DNA of 34,747 bases from Candidatus Bathyarchaeia archaeon (GTDB lineage: Archaea; Thermoproteota; Bathyarchaeia; Bathyarchaeales; Bathycorpusculaceae). The DNA lies in NCBI GenBank assembly GCA_038883855.1, contig JAVZLH010000011.1, positions 1-34,747 of the forward strand, given 5' to 3'. Position 1 is the stretch's first letter; each line of letters starts with the position of its first letter. The translations under genes and the position numbers were made by a program. Shown here piece after piece: positions 9,449-18,027 of the stretch. The notes beneath the pieces are model-generated. The model was not told the DNA's origin, did not search any database, and saw only the letters and a list, made by a program, of their open reading frames with translations.

Positions 9449-9796
9449 TTACACGCTCCCAACATATGGTTTTTTCAAGTTTTCAATAAGCCTCTCAAGC
9501 TCCTTCTGCAAAACATCCAGCGGAGGTACGTTGTTTAAGACTGAAATGTTCTGGTCGCCTACGCTGAAGTTTAAGCCTACTGCTGAGCCGCCTGTCAAGT
9601 AGCAAATCGCGTATATGGCGGCTAAAACCGTTATAGCCTCTTTCTCCGCCTCTGTGCAATCGCCATAGTCTATTTCTTTTTCAAGTTCAAGCGTGACCTC
9701 AGCCCGCTTAATCATTTTTGTGATTTTCTCGTCTGGGATGTCTGCGTTGCTCAGGTTTAAAGCGTCTCGAACATCATCAGGCGTAACGGTTGCCAA
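9449..9796 (-). CDS. Putative head-tail connector/adaptor protein
   Basis: TTG start after GGAGG. VTPDDVR...IPDEKI..MIKRA N-terminus and SVGD-x2-S beta hairpin resemble gp6/gp15-type adaptors; 115 aa. Confidence 0.55.
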   Translation of the reverse strand: MATVTPDDVRDALNLSNADIPDEKITKMIKRAEVTLELEKEIDYGDCTEAEKEAITVLAAIYAICYLTGGSAVGLNFSVGDQNISVLNNVPPLDVLQKELERLIENLKKPYVGSV

Positions 9797-10013
9797 ACAG
9801 CCTCTGCCTCCAAACCAGAAAGGGGAAAGGCGAAATTTAAGCAATTTTCACGAATTAAAGGGAAAATTTAGGCTTGTTTTTCTTAAAAACTGATTTTAGA
9901 AAATCTTTTATAAAATGGCTTTTTGCCGTGTTGTGTTCGGTTTTTGAGTAAAATTTAAAAACGGATTACGAATCCAATTTAATCGGGGGGAGACGGCTAA
10001 ACAGAATCTATTT

Positions 10014-10346
10014 ATGGAAATTGAGAAGAGAATTATCAACGGCTTCATGGACTTCATTTTGTTGCTTGCTTTTAGCGGAAACGTAGGCTATTTCAGCGGT
10101 TATGACGCTATCAAATACATCCACAAACAGTTCCATTTTCTCCCAAGTTCTGGGACGGTCTATTCCCATCTTTACGCCATGGAAAGGGCAGGTTGGATTA
10201 GAGGCGTTGAAGAGAATAGGCGCAGAATTTACCGCCTAACAGAAAAGGGTTTAGAGTTTGTCAAAGAATTTGGTAGGATAAACGGTAACGTATAGAAGCT
10301 CATTGCTCACGTTTTTTCCAGCAACGGCGATGGCTTCAACTGCTAA
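10014..10346 (+). CDS. PadR-family wHTH regulator; TAG at 10293 is probably premature (frame stays open to 10346)
   Basis: SGYD, SSGTVYSHLYAMERAGWI and RRIYRLTEKG motifs. Confidence 0.8.
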
Positions 10347-10598
10347 CCTTAACTTTTTCCACTTTTTTCATCCAAGGAATTTTTACAGGCAACTCTGATA
10401 ACGCATTAAAAATTTCTTTTTCCAACTCTTGGTTTGACTTTTCTTCGCTTTCTTCAACTAGAATTATCGTGATTTTCGCCCTTTTAACCACTCCATTCTC
10501 CTCTCATTTCATCTTTTCAAAATTTAATATGTAAACGAGAATTTAATCATTAGTGAAATCTTCTTCTATAAAAAGACACAAATAGTTCTGGGGACATG

Positions 10599-10910
10599 TC
10601 AAAAAGCGCACAAAAACCGCGTGCTCCGTTTTTTACAGAGCACAACAATGGTTGTGATGAGCATCAAAAGGGGCAGTATTATGTTTAGTTTGTATTCGGG
10701 AATTACCTCTTGTATGTAAAATGTGTGGAGAACGTCTGCTAGAAGGTTTACTGCCAAGTTAAGGGATTCACCGCATCTGTTCTTGAAGGCTGTGTTGCTC
10801 CAGTTGTAGTTTTGGTCCATCCAAAGGCATGTTAAGCCTCCGCCATCAGCGTCAAAGGTTGTGTCTGTTTCGCCTATGCTCATCCAGGTTTTGCCAGTGT
10901 TATCTGCCAT
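10599..10910 (-). pseudogene. Probable chimeric ORF: viral gene start fused to the C-terminus of a surface protein with a PEF-CTERM-like tail
   Basis: Start with RBS just downstream of the protease gene; ends VIPEY + TM helix + KKR but has no signal peptide. Confidence 0.5.
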
Positions 10911-11004
10911 TTGCTTTCACTCTCCAATTTCCGTTTCGCCTTTGGTTTCAGCCAGTTCAGCCTGGCTTATTTCCTAAGTCACTTTGGGTGACTGTGAAAA
11001 CCTG

Positions 11005-12168
11005 TTACATGCAATGGTCATTCTGCTCCGTCCTCCTACGCAAACTTGTTATGACGCCGCGAAGTTCTTGGCACATTCTCTGCAGTCCGAGGCCCCAGCT
11101 TCTTTCAACTATAGGGCTTGGCAAAACCTTCTGAATCATTTTTACGGCATCTTCAACTGGGATAAGGGCTTTAGAGTTTTTCACGAATCCTTTTTCTTTC
11201 AGCGGAGACGCGTTTGCGGAAACAGTGTAGTGGGGGTGTAGTATAAGCCAGTCTTTAATTTTTGTTTCATCCCACATGTGCTGTTTTGAGAAGAATATGC
11301 TTTGAACTCGGCTGACTTCTGGGTTAGCCCTCAACTTTCCTGTTATGGCGAGGATTCCGTTTTCGCGGTCAAGCCAAACCGTGCTGTAATGTTCTGGGAG
11401 AAAGGCGGAAGCGTCTTGATAAAACCCTAAAATGTATTCGCCGGCAACTATAGGCTCAAAATTCTGCTCCGTCAAGCGATTTTCTTGAAGCCTTTCAAGG
11501 ATTTGGATGTTCGCCTCTGGAACGCCTGGCACAGCTACGAGGCTTAGTTCCGCGTTGTGTAAGCCGTGGGGCACTTTTCCGTCTAAGATGTCTATTGCCT
11601 CGTAGTCTGCGCCGATGCTCACATGCCTAATCAAGCCTTTTCGGATTTTGTCTGCTGTTTCCTCGTCGTAGATTTCGGCTTCGTACCATAGGTTTTGTCC
11701 ATCCCACTCTGTTTTTGTGATTTTGCCTACGGCGTTGGGCACTGCAACATGCTCTATGTAAACGGGGGCGGAAACAAGCTTGCTAGCGAAGGCTTGGAGT
11801 TCCTCTGGCGTGTAAATGTTGAGGTTGCGGCTCATGCCAGCTGTAAGGGCTACGCCTTTAATGCGTAATGGTTTGTCAACAACCTTTTCCAAAACTTTGA
11901 AAGGTAAAACAGCGCAGAAATGCTCCCGCCTCTTCCCGTCTTTGTGGTGTTGGTTGAACCATGCTTTGGCTTTCTCCAAATCCCAGCCCTTGGCAGTGTC
12001 GAAAAGGTAGCTTTGCACTTCCATGGTATGCTTGCCCTTAGGCTTGCCAACAACCGCCTTAATCCCTTCATCCTCACTAAGCGTTATAATGCGTAAAGTT
12101 TCGGGCTGAAACTCTTCTGGACTGCGGTGACCGCTGCGGATGTAGTTGTCGCTTACTTCCCAAGGCAA
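11005..12168 (-). CDS. Prohead (capsid maturation) protease-like protein with a duplicated flanking domain
   Basis: TTG start after GGTGA. Core RIKG...SRN..IY..EEL...PVYIEH...VGKI...VSIG...AELSLVAVPG is typical of HK97-type/assemblin-fold proteases (His, Ser). Confidence 0.75.
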   Translation of the reverse strand: MPWEVSDNYIRSGHRSPEEFQPETLRIITLSEDEGIKAVVGKPKGKHTMEVQSYLFDTAKGWDLEKAKAWFNQHHKDGKRREHFCAVLPFKVLEKVVDKPLRIKGVALTAGMSRNLNIYTPEELQAFASKLVSAPVYIEHVAVPNAVGKITKTEWDGQNLWYEAEIYDEETADKIRKGLIRHVSIGADYEAIDILDGKVPHGLHNAELSLVAVPGVPEANIQILERLQENRLTEQNFEPIVAGEYILGFYQDASAFLPEHYSTVWLDRENGILAITGKLRANPEVSRVQSIFFSKQHMWDETKIKDWLILHPHYTVSANASPLKEKGFVKNSKALIPVEDAVKMIQKVLPSPIVERSWGLGLQRMCQELRGVITSLRRRTEQNDHCM

Positions 12169-12441
12169 ACTTTCACCAACCACAAAAAGAATAGCACATA
12201 AGGAAATGAAAAGGCGAATTGTACAACAAACGGGCTAAAACACTGGACATTCTATGGCACAACAGAAAAGCCCAATAACCAAATTTAGTGTCTGTGGGAA
12301 AATGTTGATGTATAAAGCTTATGAGAATTCTATGTAAACTTTGCTGCACACACAACGCGCCTACACCTGAAGAAAGCTGGAAGCTAGCTGGTGTTCGCGG
12401 TCAAGCCAAGCGCAGATGCTTGCATACAGCTTAATATAGGT

Positions 12442-13447
12442 TTAAACGGTGTATCGGTAAAGAATCCAATCTGATAGAACAGCCCAAACATCAGCATAAA
12501 AATTCCAGCCATGAACAGCACTCCAGAGAGAAGTTTTAATCCAAAAAGCCTCTATCTGAGGATGTACTGTAATCAAGTTTACTAAAGATTCTATATCCAG
12601 TCCAACTACTAATTCCAGCAGCAAATAGGTAAAGTACATACTTCAATATGTCGGGAACGCTTTTATAAAAGGATGTCGAGTTGTTTCCTTCGGCAAGAAT
12701 ACAACGCACCAACCATAATCCAAAATGAAACAAACCATAGGTTAAACGAGGTCAAGAGTTTATTTGTTTTCCAATCAATGCGAAACTTTGAAAACAGATT
12801 GGTTTTCTTACTATATTTATTATTGGTATAGATATCTCTCTCCTTTCAAACTGTTCATTTTCCTTTTGGATTTGTGGATAAATTATCTCTCTTTTAGCCT
12901 GCCATCTTCCCAGAGGGGTTCTAGGCGGTAGATTTGGACAGTTATGATTTTCTGGAAGTCTATGCTCTAGGCAGAAGTAGCCTCCACAAAACTTGCATTC
13001 AAATGGAAGGTCTACTTCTCTTTCGTATTGTTCGCATTTAGGTATATACCATCAAAATTTAATTATGCTGTTCCTCTAGGTAAATTTTGTGATTCCAGTT
13101 AGGATCATTGTTATCTTTGTGTTCTTTTACTTCTTTTCTTTCTAGTTGCTTGCGTTTTCTGGATTTAATCGTTCTATATCCTATTATGTTCCCCAAAAAT
13201 CTCGAATTACTTTTATTTTTAACCTTTGGCTTTTTCTTTTTACAATGTCTTTGGTTATCATTCTTACTCTTTTTATCTCCCAAAACATATCTGCATCGAC
13301 TCTTCTAACAACAATTTTATGACCATACCTTCTATGACAAAGCGGACGGAGAAAACGGACACTTGATGGTCTGGGAGTAACAGTTGGGTCTCTAATGTGA
13401 TGAAAATTCCCCTTCAGTGTGTGCACGTAAATTTTGCTTTTTAGCAA
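12442..13447 (-). pseudogene. AT-rich stretch of fragmented ORFs (a membrane-protein piece and a Lys-rich CH/H-motif piece)
   Basis: Overlapping short ORFs 12442..12733 and 13059..13447 in shifting frames. Confidence 0.35.
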
Positions 13448-13451
13448 TGGG

Positions 13452-13697
13452 TTAGACTACTCCCGTTATGATTTCTTCTCTTTTTCTCTGTTTTCGTTTT
13501 AGCCATGCTTTTATGAATTCTTCTATTTCGCGTTTGTTGTATGGGTCTTGCCAAGCGTTTTCTAGGGCTTGGCACTCGTTATATGCGCCTACCAGCCCAA
13601 AATAGGCTGTTAACTCGTTGTATAGTTGTTCAATTTCGATTTCGCTTAGCAAAACGTTCATTTCGGCTAATATGAGGTTTAGGACTGCGCGACTCAC
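13452..13697 (-). CDS. Small helical hypothetical protein coupled to the upstream regulator
   Basis: 4-nt GTGA overlap with 13694..14128; amphipathic helices. Confidence 0.7.
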   Translation of the reverse strand: MSRAVLNLILAEMNVLLSEIEIEQLYNELTAYFGLVGAYNECQALENAWQDPYNKREIEEFIKAWLKRKQRKREEIITGVV

Positions 13698-14128
13698 GGT
13701 TCTTTTTCTCCTCTTTCTTTAAGCCACTCCTCATATTTCTCCAACACTTTTTGCACTTGTTTTCTGATGAAGTCTTCAGCGTTGGCATATGGCGTATTCA
13801 TCCTCTTCACAGCTTCATTAAGCCTCTCATAATCCTCTCTTGGAATTTCTATGTGCTCATAGGCGCTTGACTCCCAATTGAGCATGAAACGGACTGCTTG
13901 GCGTATGAACTCCTCCCGTGTTGTGTAGCCCCTGTGCCTATGCGTCTGGACAAATTTTTCAACTTCGTTGAGGAGTTCAGGCGGCAGAATAACCGATTGA
14001 TAAAGCATTGCCTCTATGGCGTCTTGGTATGTTTGCATTTTGCTTGTTTGAGCCATCAACTCGCCTAATAACGCCGTTAGTTTCTGGTGGATGTCGTCTG
14101 AAATTCTTAAAGTTTTCATTTTCACCAC
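13694..14128 (-). CDS. Protein with tandem ribbon-helix-helix-like modules (regulator)
   Basis: Three strand-helix-helix units: KTLRISDDIHQKL; SVILPPELLNEV...YTTREEFIRQAV; HIEIPREDYERL...YANAEDFIRKQV. Confidence 0.7.
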   Translation of the reverse strand: MVKMKTLRISDDIHQKLTALLGELMAQTSKMQTYQDAIEAMLYQSVILPPELLNEVEKFVQTHRHRGYTTREEFIRQAVRFMLNWESSAYEHIEIPREDYERLNEAVKRMNTPYANAEDFIRKQVQKVLEKYEEWLKERGEKEP

Positions 14129-14171
14129 TTTTGCTGATATATTGTTGCTGCGAGAGTCTTTTAAATGTTTC

Positions 14172-14188
14172 TAATATACTTAATATAC
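14172..14188. promoter_or_regulatory. Tandem TAATATAC repeat between divergent RHH genes (candidate operator)
   Basis: TAATATAC-T-TAATATAC. Confidence 0.45.
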
Positions 14189-14221
14189 AAACTATATGTG
14201 ATATGCGGACCGGCGAATAAA

Positions 14222-14407
14222 ATGCCCAAAAAACGCATAGTCAAAGTAGTCCTAAGCAAAGAACAAAAAGAAATCCTAGACGAACTCGCTAGGAGACTGG
14301 GAACAAGCGAAAGCGAAACGATGCGAATGGCATTGATGGACTATGCAAAAGAACTAAGCCTAATAAAAGAAAAAGTCCGCGGAATAAAAGAAAACAAAGC
14401 CCTTTAA
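14222..14407 (+). CDS. CopG/RHH-family DNA-binding protein
   Basis: RIVKVVLSKEQKEILDELARRLGTSESETMRMAL; ATG at 14222. Confidence 0.8.
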   Translation: MPKKRIVKVVLSKEQKEILDELARRLGTSESETMRMALMDYAKELSLIKEKVRGIKENKAL

Positions 14408-14520
14408 TCCCCTACAGTTTATTCGAATTCCAAATCCAAATCAGCGGGAATACTAATCAAATTTAAACCTCCATAACAATTTTATATAATATCCAAGAAA
14501 AATAGGTCAGAGGATTCAAA

Positions 14521-14889
14521 GTGAGAGTCAAAACCTTCAATAAGATTTTGTTAGAGGCTATAGACGAAGCTTTCGCTTCCTTAGGAGACTCAGCGAAAAA
14601 AGCCATATACTTCCACTTAGAAAGCAAATTTAAAATCTCAAAAGACGAAATCCCCGACAATATTAATGCTTTCGCAGATGGACTTGAGAAAATTTTTGGC
14701 GCCGGAGCAAAATTCCTAGAAATCTTAATTATGAAAAAGTTGTATGGAAGGATAGGCGAACCCCTCGAGTGGAATACAAACAAAGAACTTGAATTTGTTG
14801 ATTACGTGAAAGCAGCCAAACGCACCTTCGCAAAGAGGAAAAATAGTGAAGTGAATGTCACGAAGTTTATAGAGACCGAGGTGGAGTAA
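14521..14889 (+). CDS. DUF3227/NitrOD5-like protein
   Basis: LLEAIDEAFASLG...IYFHLE...IP...F..GLEKIFGAGA..LE pattern. Confidence 0.7.
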   Translation: MRVKTFNKILLEAIDEAFASLGDSAKKAIYFHLESKFKISKDEIPDNINAFADGLEKIFGAGAKFLEILIMKKLYGRIGEPLEWNTNKELEFVDYVKAAKRTFAKRKNSEVNVTKFIETEVE

Positions 14890-15362
14890 GCATAGTTCAG
14901 AGGCTGTATAATCCTGAAAACCCTTTCACCACACTTAAAATTATCATCCGTTTCTGTAAAAACTGCCCTTCAACAATTGATTTTAACGTTGTTAATGAGG
15001 TTTTGGTTACAAGTATGGAAGTTTTAAGAAGGGTTTTCAGGATTATACTTCAAATTCGGATTTGACTTTTCCTTTTTTAAGTTATTCATCAGGTTTGTTG
15101 TGTGCATCCTGTTTTTCACCATGATTTTTATCTCGTGTAATAAGTGATAATATACTTGTTTCGAAGCAAAATATTCCAAAGCCCGATACAACCTAGCCTC
15201 TGCGAAGAAAGTTTTTAAGCATTTTTCAGAAAGCCGCAAACCGAGGTTCTTTTCTCGAAAAAGACGCATTTTGATGCTTTTTGTTTTCTTTAATTATGTT
15301 TACACATACCATGTCCCTTCAGCGAGTGGACTTAGCTATTTCAAAGTTATTGTAGAAACACC

Positions 15363-15390
15363 TTATATAATTAAACTCTATATTTAGCGT
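15363..15390 (+). promoter_or_regulatory. TATA box followed by an NrdR box
   Basis: TTATATAA (15363-15370), then ACTCTATATTTAGCGT (15375-15390), close to the acaCwAtATaTwGtgt consensus. Confidence 0.7.
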
Positions 15391-15443
15391 CTACTTTGGT
15401 TAATAAAACACTAGTTTGTGAAGCACGTGCGGAAGTGAAGCAT

Positions 15444-15890
15444 ATGAAATGTCCATACTGCGGCTCCGATGACATAAAAACCCTCGAAACAAGGGATTCA
15501 CCAGACAACACAATTAGGAGAAGAAAGGAATGCGTAGAATGCGGAAAACGCTTCACAACATACGAGTATGTCGAAACAATAGAGCTTATGGTGAAAAAGA
15601 AAGACGGGCGCATAGAACGCTTCGACATAAACAAAATCATCCGCGGACTCCAGAAAGCCTGCGAGAAAAGACCAGTAACAATGGAGAAAATCCGCGAGTT
15701 GGCGGAACGAGTAAGACAGGAACTAATGCTTTTGGGCAAGGAAGAGGTTTCCTCGCAGGAAATAGGAGACCTCGTCATGAAACATTTGAAGAAGGTTGAC
15801 CGCATAGCCTACATACGCTTTGCGTCGGTTTACCGCCAATTCGAGGAGCCAGAAGACTTTCGCCGCGTGCTTCAAGAGGTGAAAAAATGA
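15444..15890 (+). CDS. nrdR: Transcriptional repressor NrdR
   Basis: MKCPYC...IRRRKECVECGKRFTTYE zinc ribbon, ATP cone, AYIRFASVY. Confidence 0.97.
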   Translation: MKCPYCGSDDIKTLETRDSPDNTIRRRKECVECGKRFTTYEYVETIELMVKKKDGRIERFDINKIIRGLQKACEKRPVTMEKIRELAERVRQELMLLGKEEVSSQEIGDLVMKHLKKVDRIAYIRFASVYRQFEEPEDFRRVLQEVKK

Positions 15891-18013
15891 AGTTTGTTAG
15901 AAAACGCGATGGAAGATTAGAGGCTTTCGACCAAGAACGCATAACAAACGCCATTTGGAAAGCCGCCAAGGCTGTTGGTGGAAAAGACCGTGAACAAGCC
16001 AAAAAGTTAAGCGACCAGGTCGTCGAAATCCTCAAAAAACGTTTTGGGGAAGAAGGAGTTCCAACAGTTGAGGAAATCCAAGACATTGTAGAAAAGGTTT
16101 TAATAGAAAACGGGCATGCCCGCACAGCTAAAGCCTACATCCTCTACAGAAAACAGCATCAAGACCTTAGGGAGCTAGCCTCGCTTTTAAGCTCAGCGGA
16201 CCTCGTAGACCAATACTTGGAAATCGAGGACTGGCGGGTTAAGGAAAACTCGAATATGAGCTATTCGCTGCAGGGCTTAAACAACTACCTCTCATCAACA
16301 GTCATAGCCAAATACTGGATAACACGGATTTACCCACCAAACATTGCAGAAGCCCACTTTTCCGGGGATATGCACATCCACGACCTAGGCGTTTTGGGGC
16401 CATACTGCGTAGGCTGGGACCTACGGGATTTACTGCTAACGGGCTTTGGAGGTGTTCCGGGAAAAATAGAAAGCAAGCCGGCAAAACACTTCAGAACAGC
16501 CTTGGGGCAAGTGGTGAACTTCTTTTATACGCTTCAGGGAGAAGCCGCAGGAGCCCAAGCCTTCAGCAACTTCGACACGTTACTGGCGCCGTTCATACAC
16601 TATGATGGACTAAACCAGAAAGAGGTGGAGCAAGCCCTACAAGAATTCTTCTTCAACATGAACGTGCCAACCCGCGTTGGATTTCAAACCCCGTTCACAA
16701 ATGTCACTTTGGATTTAACTGTCCCAGAATTCATGAAGAACGAGGCAGTATTATTCGCTGGAAAGGTTATGAACGAAACCTATGGAGACCTGCAAGCCGA
16801 AATGGACATGTTTAACATGGCTTTCGCCAACGTTATGCAGCAAGGCGACGCAAGGGGGAGAGTCTTCACTTTTCCAATTCCAACCTACAACATAACCAAG
16901 GATTTCGACTGGGGCTCGCCCGTCGTCCAAAAAATTTTCGAAGTCACAGCCAAATACGGCGTTCCCTACTTTTCAAACTTCATAAACAGCGACATGAAAC
17001 CTGAAGACGTTAGAAGCATGTGCTGTCGTCTAAGAATAGATAATAGGGAACTGCGCAAGCGCGGCGGAGGCTTCTTTGGAGCTAATCCGCTTACTGGCTC
17101 CATAGGTGTTGTAACGCTTAACTTGCCTAGAATTGGCTACTTGTCCAAGGACGAGGACGAGTTCTTCCACCGTTTAGACTCTCTTATGGAAATAGCCAAA
17201 GACAGCCTCGAAATAAAGCGGAAAGTTCTAGAAAACTTCACGGAAAAAGGCTTATACCCATACTCGAGGCGTTACCTAAGAAACATTAAAGAAGGCTTTG
17301 GAAAATACTGGAAAAACCACTTCTCAACAATAGGTTTGGTTGGCATGAATGAGGCAATTCTAAACCTCTTCGGCTTCGGCATAGCCACACCAGAAGGAAG
17401 AGAATTCGCCATTAAAGTGCTCATGTTCATGCGTGAAAAACTCGCCGACTTCCAAGAGGAAACTGGAAACATCTACAATTTGGAGGCAACGCCGGCGGAA
17501 GGTACATCTTATAGGCTTGCGAGGATAGACAAGCGCAAGTACCCAGACATCATTGTGGCGAACGAGAAATATTTGGCGAAGGGAGCTGAACCCTTCTACA
17601 CAAACTCCACCCAGTTGCCAGTTGACCACGAATGCGACTTGTTCGAGGCTTTAGAGCATCAGGAAAGCCTCCAGACGCTTTACACTGGCGGAACAGTCTT
17701 CCACATATACTTGGGCGAGAGGCTCTACTCTTGGGTTTCGGCAGCCGAACTGATAAGGAAAGTCACATGGAACTCCCGTCTGCCATACTTCACATTAACG
17801 CCCACCTTCAGCATATGCTCAACCCACGGCTACTTGAGCGGAGAACACAAGCAATGCCCAACATGCGAAGCAAAATGCGAAGTCTACTCGCGCGTGGTTG
17901 GCTACCTACGCCCAGTTGACCAGTGGAACGACGGAAAACAAGCCGAGTTCGCTATCCGCAGAACCTTTGATAAATCGGTAACGGTTACAACAGCAACACC
18001 TATACTTGCTTAA
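15887..18013 (+). CDS. nrdD: Class III anaerobic ribonucleoside-triphosphate reductase
   Basis: N-terminal ATP cone, HIHDL, PYC, SMCCRL, EATPAE, C-terminal CxxH/CxxC and YSRVVGYL glycyl-radical motif. Confidence 0.97.
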   Translation: MKFVRKRDGRLEAFDQERITNAIWKAAKAVGGKDREQAKKLSDQVVEILKKRFGEEGVPTVEEIQDIVEKVLIENGHARTAKAYILYRKQHQDLRELASLLSSADLVDQYLEIEDWRVKENSNMSYSLQGLNNYLSSTVIAKYWITRIYPPNIAEAHFSGDMHIHDLGVLGPYCVGWDLRDLLLTGFGGVPGKIESKPAKHFRTALGQVVNFFYTLQGEAAGAQAFSNFDTLLAPFIHYDGLNQKEVEQALQEFFFNMNVPTRVGFQTPFTNVTLDLTVPEFMKNEAVLFAGKVMNETYGDLQAEMDMFNMAFANVMQQGDARGRVFTFPIPTYNITKDFDWGSPVVQKIFEVTAKYGVPYFSNFINSDMKPEDVRSMCCRLRIDNRELRKRGGGFFGANPLTGSIGVVTLNLPRIGYLSKDEDEFFHRLDSLMEIAKDSLEIKRKVLENFTEKGLYPYSRRYLRNIKEGFGKYWKNHFSTIGLVGMNEAILNLFGFGIATPEGREFAIKVLMFMREKLADFQEETGNIYNLEATPAEGTSYRLARIDKRKYPDIIVANEKYLAKGAEPFYTNSTQLPVDHECDLFEALEHQESLQTLYTGGTVFHIYLGERLYSWVSAAELIRKVTWNSRLPYFTLTPTFSICSTHGYLSGEHKQCPTCEAKCEVYSRVVGYLRPVDQWNDGKQAEFAIRRTFDKSVTVTTATPILA

Positions 18014-18027
18014 CAAGAACGTTTTCG

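Larger units (their letters stand above)
2776..14407 (-). mobile_element. Defective head-tail provirus-like / GTA-like element remnant with inserted cargo; boundaries approximate
   Basis: Co-oriented terminase large subunit, prohead-protease-like, connector-like and associated genes plus an RHH switch. No portal, capsid, integrase or att repeats seen. Confidence 0.7.

Noticed and set aside
10293-10295. Pyrrolysine/TAG readthrough as a recoding signal
   Set aside because: nrdG, rpo5 and the HAD gene end at TAG at their expected C-termini, and no pyl genes are in the window; a nonsense mutation is simpler.
15024-15269. 81-aa minus-strand ORF upstream of nrdR
   Set aside because: No recognisable motif or RBS, AT-rich intergenic context; cannot be supported.
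14408-15360. attR copy of the tRNA-Ile or tRNA-Arg 3' end
   Set aside because: Only weak CAAATC-like words (14431, 15050); no extended identity to either tRNA found by eye.
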